Shown: piece by piece, positions 1 to 9,936 of the stretch | How the letters are laid out: each line of letters begins with the position of its first letter | Numbering within the stretch: the stretch's first letter is position 1 | Assembly (NCBI RefSeq): GCF_003966335.1 | Contig: NZ_CP034549.1 | Span: forward strand, 2,160,001 to 2,192,000 | Direction of reading: 5' to 3' | DNA from: Nonlabens ponticola | GTDB taxonomy: Bacteria > Bacteroidota > Bacteroidia > Flavobacteriales > Flavobacteriaceae | Length of the DNA: 32,000 bases | Notes under the pieces: generated by a model | The model's database searches: none | What the model was told of the DNA's origin: nothing | What the model saw: only the letters and a program-made list of their open reading frames with translations | Made by a program: the position numbers and the translations under genes

Positions 1-1233
1 TCAATAAGCGCCAACGCCAGCCTTGAAGAAAACTGGGTGTTTGAAACCATTGATCAAACGCTGTTTTTAAATGAAGACAATAGGATCGAGACCAGACGAG
101 ACACGATAAGTGGTTTTGATCGCTACCTTACTTATAGGTATGGTGCCAATATAGGTACCACGATCTATGGTAATTTCTCCTCATCAAATCCTGATGCAAA
201 ATTTGCCGCAGTACGACACGTCATACGTCCTAATATAAGCTACAGTGCCAACCCTAGTTTTGATCAATTTTATGAGCAATTGCTTGATGAGCAAGGATTA
301 GACATCAGTGAAGAAGAAAGATTTTTCTCGAGATTTGAAGGAACATTAGCTGGCGCACCTAGCCAAAATTTCTCTAGCAGCATAGGTTTCTCAATACAAA
401 ATACTCTAGAAGCCAAAGTACGTGACAAGGACGACCCAGATGCAGACTTGAGGTTAGTAAAATTGATTAAAAGTTTGAATTTAAATACTGGCTACAATCT
501 TGCGGGTGATTCTCTCAATATCAATCCGGTAAGAATAAGTGGTGTGATCCCATTGACTAAAAAGGTGGATTTAAACATGGATGCTAATCTAGATCCATAT
601 GCTCTTGACAACAACAATCAGCGTGTGGATGAATTCAATATTGATAACGGCGGTAGCCTATTTAGATTGACAAGAGCTGGCGCGCGAGTCAATTTTAAAT
701 TAAGTAACAAAGACTTTGAAAAAAATACGGAGGAAGAAGAAGGTGAAGAATTGAACCGTGCAGACAATACCACATTACGCAATGGTGGTCGTGAGGATGA
801 TCTCTTTGGCAAACCTATCGATCCTGCTGACGGTGTTTATTATGAGGATGAAGAACCTGTAGAAGAAAACGTCGATATCGACAAGAGCCGCTATAGATTT
901 AAGATCCCATGGTCACTCAATGTCGCCTACACAATGACGTACAACAATGCTCAACGTCAAAATGAGATCAATCGTCAAAGTCTCATGGTAAGCGGTGATC
1001 TAGAACTATCACCGCGCTGGAGTATAGGTGGTAACACTGGTTATGATTTTGCCAATAAAGGAATCTCGTTTACCACATTGAGATTTCAGCGCGATCTAGA
1101 GAGCTTCCGTATGAGTTTTAATTGGAATCCTATAGGAGATCGACGCAGCTGGTTCTTCTTTATAGGAATAAAGGCTGGTGCTTTAAGCGATATAAAGTAC
1201 GACCAGCGACAGCAGCCTGACCCAAGGTTCTAG
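1..1233 (+). CDS. C-terminal part of a large outer-membrane beta-barrel protein, LptD-like (LPS assembly) family of Bacteroidota; 5' end lies outside the window
   Basis: Frame 1 is open from base 1, with no stop before the GTG at 37, so the ORF is cut by the window edge. It shows a beta-strand-like alternation and an aromatic C-terminal region (SFNWNPIGDRRSWFFFIGIKAG). From memory this resembles flavobacterial LptD-like proteins. It carries an acidic low-complexity insert (EEEEGEE...YYEDEEPVEEN). The family call is unverified. Confidence 0.45.
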   Translation, partial: SISANASLEENWVFETIDQTLFLNEDNRIETRRDTISGFDRYLTYRYGANIGTTIYGNFSSSNPDAKFAAVRHVIRPNISYSANPSFDQFYEQLLDEQGLDISEEERFFSRFEGTLAGAPSQNFSSSIGFSIQNTLEAKVRDKDDPDADLRLVKLIKSLNLNTGYNLAGDSLNINPVRISGVIPLTKKVDLNMDANLDPYALDNNNQRVDEFNIDNGGSLFRLTRAGARVNFKLSNKDFEKNTEEEEGEELNRADNTTLRNGGREDDLFGKPIDPADGVYYEDEEPVEENVDIDKSRYRFKIPWSLNVAYTMTYNNAQRQNEINRQSLMVSGDLELSPRWSIGGNTGYDFANKGISFTTLRFQRDLESFRMSFNWNPIGDRRSWFFFIGIKAGALSDIKYDQRQQPDPRF

Positions 1234-1254
1234 ACGATACACTCAAATTTTCAC

Positions 1255-2715
1255 TTAGTTAAGAACAGGTGTCTCCTTTAAAATCTCCTTCAAGAATTTC
1301 CAGAATTTTTGAACTGATTTGATTTCTACAAATTCGTCTGGACTGTGTGCTCGTCTTATATTAGGGCCAAAGGAGATCATGTCTAAACCTGGATAACGCT
1401 CGCCCAGAATGCCACACTCCAATCCTGCGTGACAAGCCACTACCCTAGGCTTTTCTTGAAACAGGATTTTGTATTGAGCCTCGGCAATTTTGAGCATCTC
1501 GCTGTTCAAATTTGGCTGCCAGCCTGGATAATCACCAGTAAATTCGACGTCAAGACCATTGAGACGCATCACACCGGCGATGGTTCCTTTTAGATCATCT
1601 TTCTGGCTCTCGACTGATGATCGAGATAGACAGGCAACTTCTAAAGCACCATCTTCCAAAACGACTCTTGCAAGATTATTACTGGATTGCACCAAGTCAT
1701 CAAAATCGGGACTCCAGCGGTAAACACCATTGACTATTCCCAACAGCATGTAAATAAGGTTTGCGGTATCAATTTCGCTTAAGGCCTTATGACTTTCGGT
1801 ACTTTCAATCTCGATAGACATGTTAGGTTCCAGACTTTCATATTCAGCAAGAATTGCAGTTTTACACCTTTTAAATGCATCAATGATTTTTTTGTTCTCG
1901 CTTTCGCGAAAGCTAACCACGCTAACTGCTTCTCTAGGTATAGCATTTCTCAAACCACCGCCATTAAATTCCTGCAAGTGGATTTTACCATTGTTGCGCA
2001 TGGCGTCCATAAGGCGTGTGATGATCTTGTTAGCGTTAGCTAGACCTTTATGAATATCCATACCGCTATGACCGCCTTTGAGACCTTTTACAGTAATCTT
2101 GTGCGCTTTAAAGTCGTTATCTAGACCTTCTTGAACATAATTTCTCGTTCCCGTTATATCGACACCACCAGCGCAGCCCACATCAATCTCGTCATCTTCC
2201 TCAGTATCAAGATTAAGCAGGATGCTGGAAGTGAGAACTTTTTGGTCGAGCTTTTTGGCTCCAGTCATTCCTGTTTCTTCATCAATGGTAAACAGTGCCT
2301 CGATAGGTGGATGCGGTAAATCAGTCGATGATAGAATCGCCATAATCGCGGCAACACCTATACCATTATCGGCACCTAGCGTGGTGCCACGAGCCGTGAC
2401 ATGACCATTTTCTATGAGCATGTCTATGCCTTGTGTATCAAAATCAAAGGTGGTATCATTATTCTTTTGATGTACCATGTCTAGATGCGATTGCAGGATG
2501 ACGCTTTTACGCGATTCCATTCCGACGGTGGCTCCTTTCTTGATGATGACGTTGCCTATATCATCCACAATGGAGATTAAATCGTGTTTTGCGGCAAAAT
2601 CCAACATGAATTGTCGCACGCGCTCTTCCTGTTTAGAAGGTCGTGGTACGGCATTTAGATCTGCAAAATGGTTCCAAAGTGACTTAGGTTCTAGCTCACG
2701 TATTTCTTTACTCAT
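1255..2715 (-). CDS. pepD: Aminoacyl-histidine dipeptidase (cytosol non-specific dipeptidase), peptidase family M20
   Basis: M20/PepD motifs are present: [17 protein letters not shown] and [12 protein letters not shown]. The product is 486 aa if it starts at ATG 2715 ([17 protein letters not shown]), which matches the PepD N-terminus. In-frame ATGs at 2733 and 2751 are alternative starts. Confidence 0.85.
   Translation of the reverse strand: MSKEIRELEPKSLWNHFADLNAVPRPSKQEERVRQFMLDFAAKHDLISIVDDIGNVIIKKGATVGMESRKSVILQSHLDMVHQKNNDTTFDFDTQGIDMLIENGHVTARGTTLGADNGIGVAAIMAILSSTDLPHPPIEALFTIDEETGMTGAKKLDQKVLTSSILLNLDTEEDDEIDVGCAGGVDITGTRNYVQEGLDNDFKAHKITVKGLKGGHSGMDIHKGLANANKIITRLMDAMRNNGKIHLQEFNGGGLRNAIPREAVSVVSFRESENKKIIDAFKRCKTAILAEYESLEPNMSIEIESTESHKALSEIDTANLIYMLLGIVNGVYRWSPDFDDLVQSSNNLARVVLEDGALEVACLSRSSVESQKDDLKGTIAGVMRLNGLDVEFTGDYPGWQPNLNSEMLKIAEAQYKILFQEKPRVVACHAGLECGILGERYPGLDMISFGPNIRRAHSPDEFVEIKSVQKFWKFLKEILKETPVLN
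1900..1913. repeat. Copy 1 of 14-bp palindrome GCTTTCGCGAAAGC (inside pepD, read as SFRES)
   Basis: Exact match read directly from the sequence. Confidence 0.95.
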
Positions 2716-2803
2716 GTTCTCGTATTTGCTCATTTGTATGTACAAGAGCAAAATACCATGCGCAACGCGGTATTCCCGTGAATTTTATATTAAAAAAATA
2801 CGT

Positions 2804-3481
2804 CTATTTAGTAGCTCGCAGCATCTCTCGTTTGCCTGGTGGCCCAGCTAAACGTTCTACCTTAAAACCAGCTGCTTGCATATTACGGCGCACTTGTCCA
2901 GCGGCACAATAAGTAGTCAATACGCCTTTTTCCTTCAATGATTTGTAAGCTGCATTGAAGATTTCCTGACTCCACAATTCTGGCTGGGTGCGCGGCCCAA
3001 AGGCATCAAAATAGATAAGGTCGTATTGATTTAATTCTGCAAAGTCCTCAAATTTGAGCTGGCTTTTAATTAAATAAAAATTGGGTCTCAACTCTATTTC
3101 CTTTTCCCAAGCGGCAGCATGCAAGTCAGTATATAAAGACTTATCAGCAACTAGCTCGCCATAATCCATTGCAGCAATTTCCTCATCGGTTATTGGAAAA
3201 GCCTCTATGCCTTTATAATATGTCCTAATTCGGTGCTCCTCGAGAAATTTTACTGTGAGCATGGCATTAAGTCCAGTGCCTAGGCCATACTCTAAAATGG
3301 TTATTGTGTTTAATGCCTCAAGATCACCTAATCTTGTATCCAGCAAATACCTTAAACCTGTTTGTATAAACACGTGACGCGCTTCTTGAAGCGCGCCGTG
3401 TTTAGAATGATATTGTTCATTGAGGTCTGGCATGTGAATAGTTTTGGAACCATCACCAGTCACCATGATCTCTCTTTTCAT
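2804..3481 (-). CDS. mnmD: SAM-dependent tRNA (mnm5s2U34) methyltransferase, MnmD / MnmC methyltransferase-domain-like
   Basis: A Rossmann SAM motif ([11 protein letters not shown]) is present. The stretch [19 protein letters not shown] is characteristic of the MnmC methyltransferase half (E. coli DAFAPAKNPDMW). The start ATG at 3481 overlaps the upstream gene's stop (TAATG). Confidence 0.7.
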   Translation of the reverse strand: MKREIMVTGDGSKTIHMPDLNEQYHSKHGALQEARHVFIQTGLRYLLDTRLGDLEALNTITILEYGLGTGLNAMLTVKFLEEHRIRTYYKGIEAFPITDEEIAAMDYGELVADKSLYTDLHAAAWEKEIELRPNFYLIKSQLKFEDFAELNQYDLIYFDAFGPRTQPELWSQEIFNAAYKSLKEKGVLTTYCAAGQVRRNMQAAGFKVERLAGPPGKREMLRATK

Positions 3482-4038
3482 TATTCCGCTGTTTGAGTTT
3501 CAGGTGTGAAAACGTCTGGATTCTCATAAGATTCAACAAGTGCGCCATCTGCTTCAAAAGCTAGGGTCACTTCATCTTCTGTAATCGCATCAATTTCTTC
3601 CTGGCTCTTTTTGGCATCCATTGCATAGTGCTTCAAGTCTTCCATAGGCGTGATAGATTTGTAGATTTTACCATTAAGCACTACCTCTTTACCTTGTGAA
3701 TCACGCGGTAGAAAGAATCCATAATCCTTGAAGGTCACTCTGGCTTCTTGACCATTCTCTAGTGGTATCTTGATCCAGCAACCTTTTTTTGCGCAAACCT
3801 CATTCACTATAGTTTTTACTTTTACTTGCACGGTATCTGCTGGTTTGAGCAATTCATAAACGTCCATCAACTCGGCAGATGTCATGACGGTCTCGTCATC
3901 AATCTCATCGCCGTAGGATAGGTACGCCACTTCTTCTACTTGTTCATCATTAACAGCAGGCATTTCTTCTTGTTCAGATTCGTTCCTACAACTAGTAATT
4001 GCGATTGCTACAATAAAAAGGGTGATAAAATATTTCAT
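3481..4038 (-). CDS. Lipoprotein, DUF4920-like
   Basis: It has a signal peptide with a lipobox (AITSC). The CAKKGCWIKIPL motif matches the DUF4920 family from memory. It is translationally coupled to the mnmD-like gene. Confidence 0.5.
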   Translation of the reverse strand: MKYFITLFIVAIAITSCRNESEQEEMPAVNDEQVEEVAYLSYGDEIDDETVMTSAELMDVYELLKPADTVQVKVKTIVNEVCAKKGCWIKIPLENGQEARVTFKDYGFFLPRDSQGKEVVLNGKIYKSITPMEDLKHYAMDAKKSQEEIDAITEDEVTLAFEADGALVESYENPDVFTPETQTAE

Positions 4039-4124
4039 TGTTATTATTTAGCTACAAAATTAAGAATTTGACAATGATAAATTAATTGGAGTATCCATTA
4101 TCTTTGCAAAAAATTAAAAAACTG

Positions 4125-5186
4125 ATGACAAGCACTCACGACATCGTTGTAGATCAAGTTCAAGAATCAAGAGTTGGCACGACCAATTTTGATAATTTGA
4201 TTTTTGGAAAAACCTTTACAGACCATATGCTGGAATGCACGTGGCGCGATGGCAAATGGGAAACCGCTCACATCAAACCTTACGGGCCTATTATGGTAGA
4301 GCCTAGTAGTAAAGTCTTTCATTATGGGCAAGCTATTTTTGAAGGTATGAAAGCCTTTAAAGATGCTCAAGGCAACGTGCATCTATTTAGACCAGAAGAT
4401 AATTGGATACGTTTTAATGAAAGCGCCAAGCGTCTTGCAATGCCTACCGTACCAGAAGAAATCTTCATGGATGGCCTCAAGAAACTTGTAGATCTAGATC
4501 GTGAATGGGTACGACAAGGTGATGGCGTGTCGCTATACTTGAGACCTTTTATGATTGCCAGTGAGAATGGAGTTGCCGCAGCACCATCGACTGAGTATAA
4601 ATTCATGATTGTTATGTCACCAGCAAGAGCTTATTATAGAGGCGATGTTAGGGTCATCATAGCTTCTCAATTCTCTCGCGCTGCTGATGGTGGTGTAGGT
4701 TATGCCAAAGCCGCTGGAAATTATGCCGCGAGTTTTTATCCTAACAATCTCGCGCTGGAAGAAGGTTACCAGCAAATCATATGGACAGACGCTGCAACTC
4801 ATGAGTATCTTGAAGAAGCTGGTACCATGAACATTTTTGTACGCATAGGTGATAAGCTATTGACCTCACCACACAATGATAGGATTCTCAATGGTGTGAC
4901 GCGCCGCAGTGTCATACAGCTGGCTAAGGATCATAACATTGATGTAGAAGAGCGTAGAGTAAGTGTCAAAGAAATGAATGAAGCCGCTGCTAACGGTGAA
5001 CTTAAAGAAATTTTTGGAACAGGAACAGCCGCTGTGATCGTGCCAGTATTAGGTTACAAGCATGAAGACTTTGTGCATGACTTGCCTGCCGTGGACGACA
5101 GCTATGCTACATTATTTAAACAAAAACTGAGTGACATACATTACAATCGCGTTAATGATGAGCATGAGTGGCTTGTAAAAATCTAA
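4125..5186 (+). CDS. ilvE: Branched-chain amino acid aminotransferase (fold type IV)
   Basis: Motifs seen are YGQAIFEGMKAF, LYLRPF, AKAAGNYAAS, EEAGTMNIF and FGTGTAAV. I prefer ATG 4125 (353 aa) to the TTG at 4086 used by the ORF track. Confidence 0.85.
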   Translation: MTSTHDIVVDQVQESRVGTTNFDNLIFGKTFTDHMLECTWRDGKWETAHIKPYGPIMVEPSSKVFHYGQAIFEGMKAFKDAQGNVHLFRPEDNWIRFNESAKRLAMPTVPEEIFMDGLKKLVDLDREWVRQGDGVSLYLRPFMIASENGVAAAPSTEYKFMIVMSPARAYYRGDVRVIIASQFSRAADGGVGYAKAAGNYAASFYPNNLALEEGYQQIIWTDAATHEYLEEAGTMNIFVRIGDKLLTSPHNDRILNGVTRRSVIQLAKDHNIDVEERRVSVKEMNEAAANGELKEIFGTGTAAVIVPVLGYKHEDFVHDLPAVDDSYATLFKQKLSDIHYNRVNDEHEWLVKI

Positions 5187-5194
5187 GAAACTTA

Positions 5195-5219
5195 AAAGCC
5201 TCGATAAGAGGCTTTTTTT
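5195..5219 (+). terminator. Rho-independent terminator after ilvE
   Basis: AGCCTC-gataa-GAGGCT hairpin followed by a T7 run, 10 nt after the stop codon. Confidence 0.7.
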
Positions 5220-5255
5220 ATGCTTGATTGTTGCAGGTAGGCTATTTTTAACCTT

Positions 5256-5269
5256 GCTTTCGCGAAAGC
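5256..5269. repeat. Copy 2 of GCTTTCGCGAAAGC (intergenic, ilvE-uvrB)
   Basis: Exact match. Confidence 0.95.
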
Positions 5270-5299
5270 GGAACAAACCACCCACTATTTTTACACTTC

Positions 5300-7309
5300 A
5301 TGGAATTTAAGATAGAGTCAGACTTTCAACCTACTGGTGATCAACCGGCAGCCATCAAGAAGTTGGTAAAGGGAATTGAGAATCAGGATCGATACCAGAC
5401 GCTGCTGGGTGTGACTGGTAGTGGTAAGACGTTTACCATGGCAAACGTGGTCGAGAGTGTACAGAAGCCAACACTGGTATTATGTCACAATAAAACACTG
5501 GCTGCTCAATTATACAGCGAGTTCAAATCGTTCTTTCCTGAGAATGCGGTTGAATATTTTGTTTCCTATTATGATTATTATCAGCCAGAAGCATTTATAC
5601 CAACTAGCAGCACGTATATAGAGAAGGATCTTTCTATCAATGAAGAGATCGAGAAGATGCGATTGAGCACAACTTCTTCTCTACTTTCTGGACGTCGTGA
5701 CATCATTGTCGTAGCATCAGTTTCTTGTTTGTACGGTATAGGGAATCCTATTGAATTCCAAAAAAACGTGGTGCGTCTGGCCAAAGATCAAGTTATAGCT
5801 CGAACGGACTTGCTCAAGCAATTGGTTCAAAGTCTTTACTCTCGCACAACAGCAGAGTTCGGCCGTGGAAACTTCCGCATCAAAGGCGATACGATTGATG
5901 TATTTCCTAGCTATGCAGATACGGCGTTTAGAATACACTTTTTTGGTGATGAGATTGAGGAAATCGAGCGTTTTAATCCTACGGACGGTCGCGTGATTGA
6001 AAAGTACGAGCAAATCACAATCTATCCGGCAAACATGTTTGTAACATCACCAGACAGATTGCAAAATGCGATCCACTCGATTCAAGAAGACCTTGTCAAA
6101 CAGGTGGAATATTTCAAAGAAATAGGCAAGCCTCTTGAAGCTAAACGTATTGAAGAACGTACGGAGTTTGATCTAGAAATGATACGTGAACTAGGCTATT
6201 GTAGCGGTATTGAGAACTACAGTAGATACCTGGATGGTAGAATGCCTGGCACGAGACCATTTTGTTTGCTGGACTACTTTCCAGATGATTTCTTGATGGT
6301 CATCGATGAGAGCCATGTGAGCGTTCCACAAGTGGGCGCTATGTATGGTGGCGATAGGTCTAGAAAAGTTAATCTGGTAGATTACGGCTTTAGATTGCCA
6401 GCCGCCATGGACAATCGTCCACTCAAGTTTGAAGAGTTTGAAGCCTTGCAAAACCAGGTAGTTTACGTGAGCGCCACACCGGCAGACTATGAGCTGGAGA
6501 AAAGTGAAGGTGTTGTGGTTGAGCAGATTATAAGACCAACAGGATTGCTGGATCCCATTATCGAAGTAAGACCTAGTCAAAATCAAATTGACGACCTGGT
6601 TGAAGAAATACGCGTGCGAGAAGAGCGCGATGAACGTGTCTTGATTACGACGCTTACCAAGCGTATGGCAGAAGAGCTTACCAAATACCTTACTCGCATC
6701 AACGTGCGCTGTAGATATATTCACAGTGATGTTGATACCCTTGAACGGGTAGAGATCATGAGTGACTTGAGACGTGGTTTATTTGATGTGCTAATAGGAG
6801 TTAATTTATTGCGTGAAGGTCTTGACCTACCTGAGGTTTCTCTTGTAGCGATTCTAGATGCTGATAAAGAAGGTTTCTTGCGCAACAATCGATCGCTCAC
6901 GCAAACCATAGGACGTGCCGCACGTAACGTTAACGGACTTGCCATTTTATATGCTGACAAGATCACAGAAAGTATGCAAAAGACAATCGACGAGACAGAA
7001 TATCGTCGATCAAAACAAATTGCTTACAATGAGGAACATGGACTGACGCCTACTGCGATTAAAAAGAGTCTAGATAGCGCACTTGCCGGAAAAACCAAAG
7101 CCGTATACGCCATAGAGGAAACGCTCAATCTCGCTGCCGCAGAAGAAGAAGCTAGCTATATGAGTGTAGGCGATCTTGAGAAGAAAATACGCAGTACTCG
7201 CAAAAAAATGGAGACTGCGGCTAAAGAATTGGACTTTATGGAAGCGGCACGTTTACGCGACCAAATCAAGATGTTTCAAGAGAAATTAGCTGCTGAAAAA
7301 GCCAATTAA
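5300..7309 (+). CDS. uvrB: Excinuclease ABC subunit B
   Basis: Walker A (GVTGSGKT), the beta-hairpin region (SYYDYYQPEAFIP), DESH, helicase C motifs, and a C-terminal UVR domain (ELDFMEAARLRDQI). Confidence 0.97.
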   Translation: MEFKIESDFQPTGDQPAAIKKLVKGIENQDRYQTLLGVTGSGKTFTMANVVESVQKPTLVLCHNKTLAAQLYSEFKSFFPENAVEYFVSYYDYYQPEAFIPTSSTYIEKDLSINEEIEKMRLSTTSSLLSGRRDIIVVASVSCLYGIGNPIEFQKNVVRLAKDQVIARTDLLKQLVQSLYSRTTAEFGRGNFRIKGDTIDVFPSYADTAFRIHFFGDEIEEIERFNPTDGRVIEKYEQITIYPANMFVTSPDRLQNAIHSIQEDLVKQVEYFKEIGKPLEAKRIEERTEFDLEMIRELGYCSGIENYSRYLDGRMPGTRPFCLLDYFPDDFLMVIDESHVSVPQVGAMYGGDRSRKVNLVDYGFRLPAAMDNRPLKFEEFEALQNQVVYVSATPADYELEKSEGVVVEQIIRPTGLLDPIIEVRPSQNQIDDLVEEIRVREERDERVLITTLTKRMAEELTKYLTRINVRCRYIHSDVDTLERVEIMSDLRRGLFDVLIGVNLLREGLDLPEVSLVAILDADKEGFLRNNRSLTQTIGRAARNVNGLAILYADKITESMQKTIDETEYRRSKQIAYNEEHGLTPTAIKKSLDSALAGKTKAVYAIEETLNLAAAEEEASYMSVGDLEKKIRSTRKKMETAAKELDFMEAARLRDQIKMFQEKLAAEKAN

Positions 7310-7475
7310 TTCTTAATTCATTGGACGATTATTTTATTGCTTTCAACGTTTATTTAAGACCACCTACCACTTGAAACGTTTAACTGCTTAATTGCAGGTA
7401 GCACAAGGCTTTACGCCAGTTTTCCACTGTTATGTTTTCTATTTTTACAGACTATTTCAATAGAAATTTCTGAAA

Positions 7476-8831
7476 ATGAAACATTTATATTCTACTCTAC
7501 TTATTTGTTTAATCGGGTCTTTTGCCACTGCACAAGTCGGTCTAAATACCATCACACCTACAGCAGACCTTGAGATTGTCTCAAAAGCCTCACTTGAAGC
7601 TGGTGAATACAATGGTGTTATCTTACCTCGAGTTACAGCGCTTCCTGTGTCTGGCGATGCTACTTTTCCTACCGCTAATCAGCGAGGATTGATGCTTTAC
7701 CTAGATACTACCGATGGTACCGAAGGTATTTATATGTTTGATGGAACTCAGTACATCAAGCAGGAGAACGCAGCACCTAGCAGTGCTTTTTATAACGATG
7801 GATCGACAGATTTCGCTACCACAGTAGATGCTGAAGCATTTAGAACTGGAAGAACCAGATTTGGTAGAGATAGTTCAACCGCAGCCATAGTAACTATTGA
7901 AAATGAAACTGGTGCTAGCCAAGATCGCACCACATTGAGCGTGACTAATAGGCATACAAGCTCTGTAGGCAACAGTTTTGGTATTAGTATCAACAATACG
8001 GCTTCAAGTGACAATAAAGTAGGTATTCTTAACAATGTTTCTTTATCTGGTGACGGCGTACATACTGGAATTGAGAATATTGTTGCAGTAAGAGACGATA
8101 ATGCTCCAGAAGTTGAAAATTATGGTTTAAAATCTGTGGTAGGTGATGCTGCAAGTACAGGAACTATTTATGGGGTTTACAGCGAAGTAAATAGTGATGC
8201 GGCTGCCACGGCTTATTCAGGTTATTTTGTCGGTTCAAAATTCGGTATCCGACAAGATAATACAGCTTCATCTGCAGGATATGATTTAACTACAGATACT
8301 GGTACCGCTGGTCAAGTTCTAACAACTGATGGAGCTGGTCAAGCTACGTGGGCTGATGCCAATACTCCTGCCACTATTTATGTGAAGGCTACAGGTTCGC
8401 AATCATCGCTTTCCAACCCAAATCAAAATAATAGTATGGATGATTGGAACGATTTAATCTACGCGACTGAAGTTGTCGATGATGGTTCTGGTTACGATAA
8501 TAATACTGGTATCTTCACGGCGCCTGTTGATGGAATATATCAAGTCAATTCCATGTACGTTATTACAAGTGCAAATGCCACTGTAGATCAATTCGGTATC
8601 GGCATCCAGGTAGATCCTGATGGTGTTGGAGGTCCTTCTGATTTTGATTTTGTTCTGATTAGCGAACCAAATCATAACGGTAATGGTGAGGTGTATAGAA
8701 ATTTACACACTACTGTCAAACTTGATGCAGGTGCTAGATTGAAAGTGCAACTCAAAATGCCAGATAATTACGGCTCAGTCAATCTGAATACTTTTGAAGG
8801 GAAAAATCAAATTACGATTGCAAAACTTTAA
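7476..8831 (+). CDS. Secreted protein with a C-terminal C1q/TNF-like jelly-roll domain (hypothetical)
   Basis: Signal peptide MKHLYSTLLICLIGSFATAQ followed by VGLNTITPTADLEI. The C-terminal 130 aa carries C1q-like motifs (GYDNNTGIFTAPVDGIYQV, VKLDAGARLKVQL, terminal ITIAKL). The domain assignment was made by eye. Confidence 0.5.
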   Translation: MKHLYSTLLICLIGSFATAQVGLNTITPTADLEIVSKASLEAGEYNGVILPRVTALPVSGDATFPTANQRGLMLYLDTTDGTEGIYMFDGTQYIKQENAAPSSAFYNDGSTDFATTVDAEAFRTGRTRFGRDSSTAAIVTIENETGASQDRTTLSVTNRHTSSVGNSFGISINNTASSDNKVGILNNVSLSGDGVHTGIENIVAVRDDNAPEVENYGLKSVVGDAASTGTIYGVYSEVNSDAAATAYSGYFVGSKFGIRQDNTASSAGYDLTTDTGTAGQVLTTDGAGQATWADANTPATIYVKATGSQSSLSNPNQNNSMDDWNDLIYATEVVDDGSGYDNNTGIFTAPVDGIYQVNSMYVITSANATVDQFGIGIQVDPDGVGGPSDFDFVLISEPNHNGNGEVYRNLHTTVKLDAGARLKVQLKMPDNYGSVNLNTFEGKNQITIAKL

Positions 8832-8851
8832 TAGGCTTTTTTAAATATTAC

Positions 8852-8886
8852 AAAAAATCCCAGCCTATCGGCTGGGATTTTTTTTG
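8852..8886. terminator. Bidirectional rho-independent terminator between convergent genes
   Basis: ATCCCAGCC-tatc-GGCTGGGAT hairpin flanked by an A6 run on the left and a T8 run on the right. Confidence 0.8.
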
Positions 8887-8914
8887 CTTAGAGCTCATCC
8901 AATCTTCTATACCA

Positions 8915-9340
8915 TTATTTAAGCGAAATCATACGCTTAGGCTGTGGTAAAGCTTCTTCTTTTTTGGGAAGAGCTACCTTCAAGATACCATCTTCATAGT
9001 TTGCGTCGATCTTATCCTGATTAACCGTTTCTGGCAAATTGAAGCTTCGCTTAAAAGATTTCTTTACAAACTCCTGGCGAGTAAACTGCTCAGTAGCTTC
9101 CTTTTCTTCAGTCTCTACCTCTGCATAGATGCTCAATACGTCTTGATCGATCTCAATGCTCACTTCATCCTTGCTAAAGCCCGGTATCACCATTTCTAGT
9201 GCGAAGTGATCATCACCTTCAGCAATGTTTACTGCTGGTTGGCTCGCTCTTACCGCGCTACCGCCTGCATAGTCGTTATTAAACATATCATCAATCAATG
9301 ATGGTAACCAATTGTTTGCTGTTCTATGTGCTAATTTCAT
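8915..9340 (-). CDS. Small heat-shock protein, Hsp20/alpha-crystallin family
   Basis: Alpha-crystallin domain pattern: FALEMVIPGFSKDEVSIEID, F.R.F.LPE, and ANYEDGILKVALPKK. The start is set at ATG 9340 (MKLAHRT...), because the longer track ORF would run through the upstream terminator. Confidence 0.85.
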   Translation of the reverse strand: MKLAHRTANNWLPSLIDDMFNNDYAGGSAVRASQPAVNIAEGDDHFALEMVIPGFSKDEVSIEIDQDVLSIYAEVETEEKEATEQFTRQEFVKKSFKRSFNLPETVNQDKIDANYEDGILKVALPKKEEALPQPKRMISLK

Positions 9341-9391
9341 AATATCAATTTTTAAATTATGATTAGCTACAGTCAATTCAAGTACCAAAAC

Positions 9392-9417
9392 AAAAAAGCG
9401 ACACAATGTCGCTTTTT
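9392..9417 (-). terminator. Rho-independent terminator after the TerB-like gene
   Basis: On the minus strand: GCGAC-attgt-GTCGC followed by TTTTTTGTTTT. Confidence 0.6.
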
Positions 9418-9442
9418 GTCCTGAATAAAATGTCAACTTGTC

Positions 9443-9853
9443 TTAGTTGCTCGTTTGCGTATGTATAGAAAGTAGCTCCGTAGGTGGTATATCTCCATGT
9501 GGATACTGTTTCATTTTAGCCAATAGCATAGCCACCGTACTTTGTCTTATCCCATATTTAAGAGCCACCTCGTGTAAAAACTGAAGCTCTCCATCGTCCA
9601 CAACACCATCAATATGCATCATGAGCATCAGTCGATGAAAATGAACGATGCGCTGTGTGAATGACTTAGGCGGTGAAATTTTACCCGTTTCGGGATGCTC
9701 AATCATTTGTAAGACCTGATCATCATCAATTCCCAATCGTTTACCCAAGGCTTTGATGAATTCTATTTCCTCTTTCTTTAAGTGAGCGTCGGCATGAGCC
9801 ATTTTAATGAGCTCAACAAGTATGTCTTCTTTCTCTTTTTCAGTATAATTCAT
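9443..9853 (-). CDS. TerB-like (tellurite-resistance TerB family) small cytoplasmic protein
   Basis: Two helical repeats have the TerB pattern: MAHADAHLKKEEIEFIKALGKRLGI and MHIDGVVDDGELQFLHEVALKYGI. Start taken at ATG 9853. Confidence 0.5.
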   Translation of the reverse strand: MNYTEKEKEDILVELIKMAHADAHLKKEEIEFIKALGKRLGIDDDQVLQMIEHPETGKISPPKSFTQRIVHFHRLMLMMHIDGVVDDGELQFLHEVALKYGIRQSTVAMLLAKMKQYPHGDIPPTELLSIHTQTSN

Positions 9854-9936
9854 CACAGCTGCTCTTTTTGTGAAAATACACAATACTTAGGAAATCGTTA
9901 ACCATCGAGGTTGTGGCTCTAGCTTACTTTTAACAT

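Noticed and set aside
2752-2803. A possible terminator hairpin (AATACC...GGTATT) between the mnmD-like gene and pepD.
   Set aside because: The stem is short and interrupted, and the T tract is weak. I cannot distinguish it from chance in AT-rich DNA.
5421-6966. Several 66-177-aa ORFs inside or antisense to uvrB. Similar nested ORFs occur in pepD, ilvE, the TonB receptor, rmuC, carB and the DUF2254 gene.
   Set aside because: All lie within confidently identified longer genes, have low-complexity or biased composition, and carry no recognisable motifs. They are typical shadow ORFs.
5222-7403. Similar words flank uvrB: TGCTTGATTGTTGCAGGTAG (5222-5240) and TGCTTAATTGCAGGTAG (7385-7402).
   Set aside because: The match is only about 17 positions with a 3-bp indel. 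Identical 10-mers are expected by chance hundreds of times in 32 kb, and there is no other sign that uvrB is a cassette. It may be worth a genome-wide motif count, but it is not supportable from this window alone.
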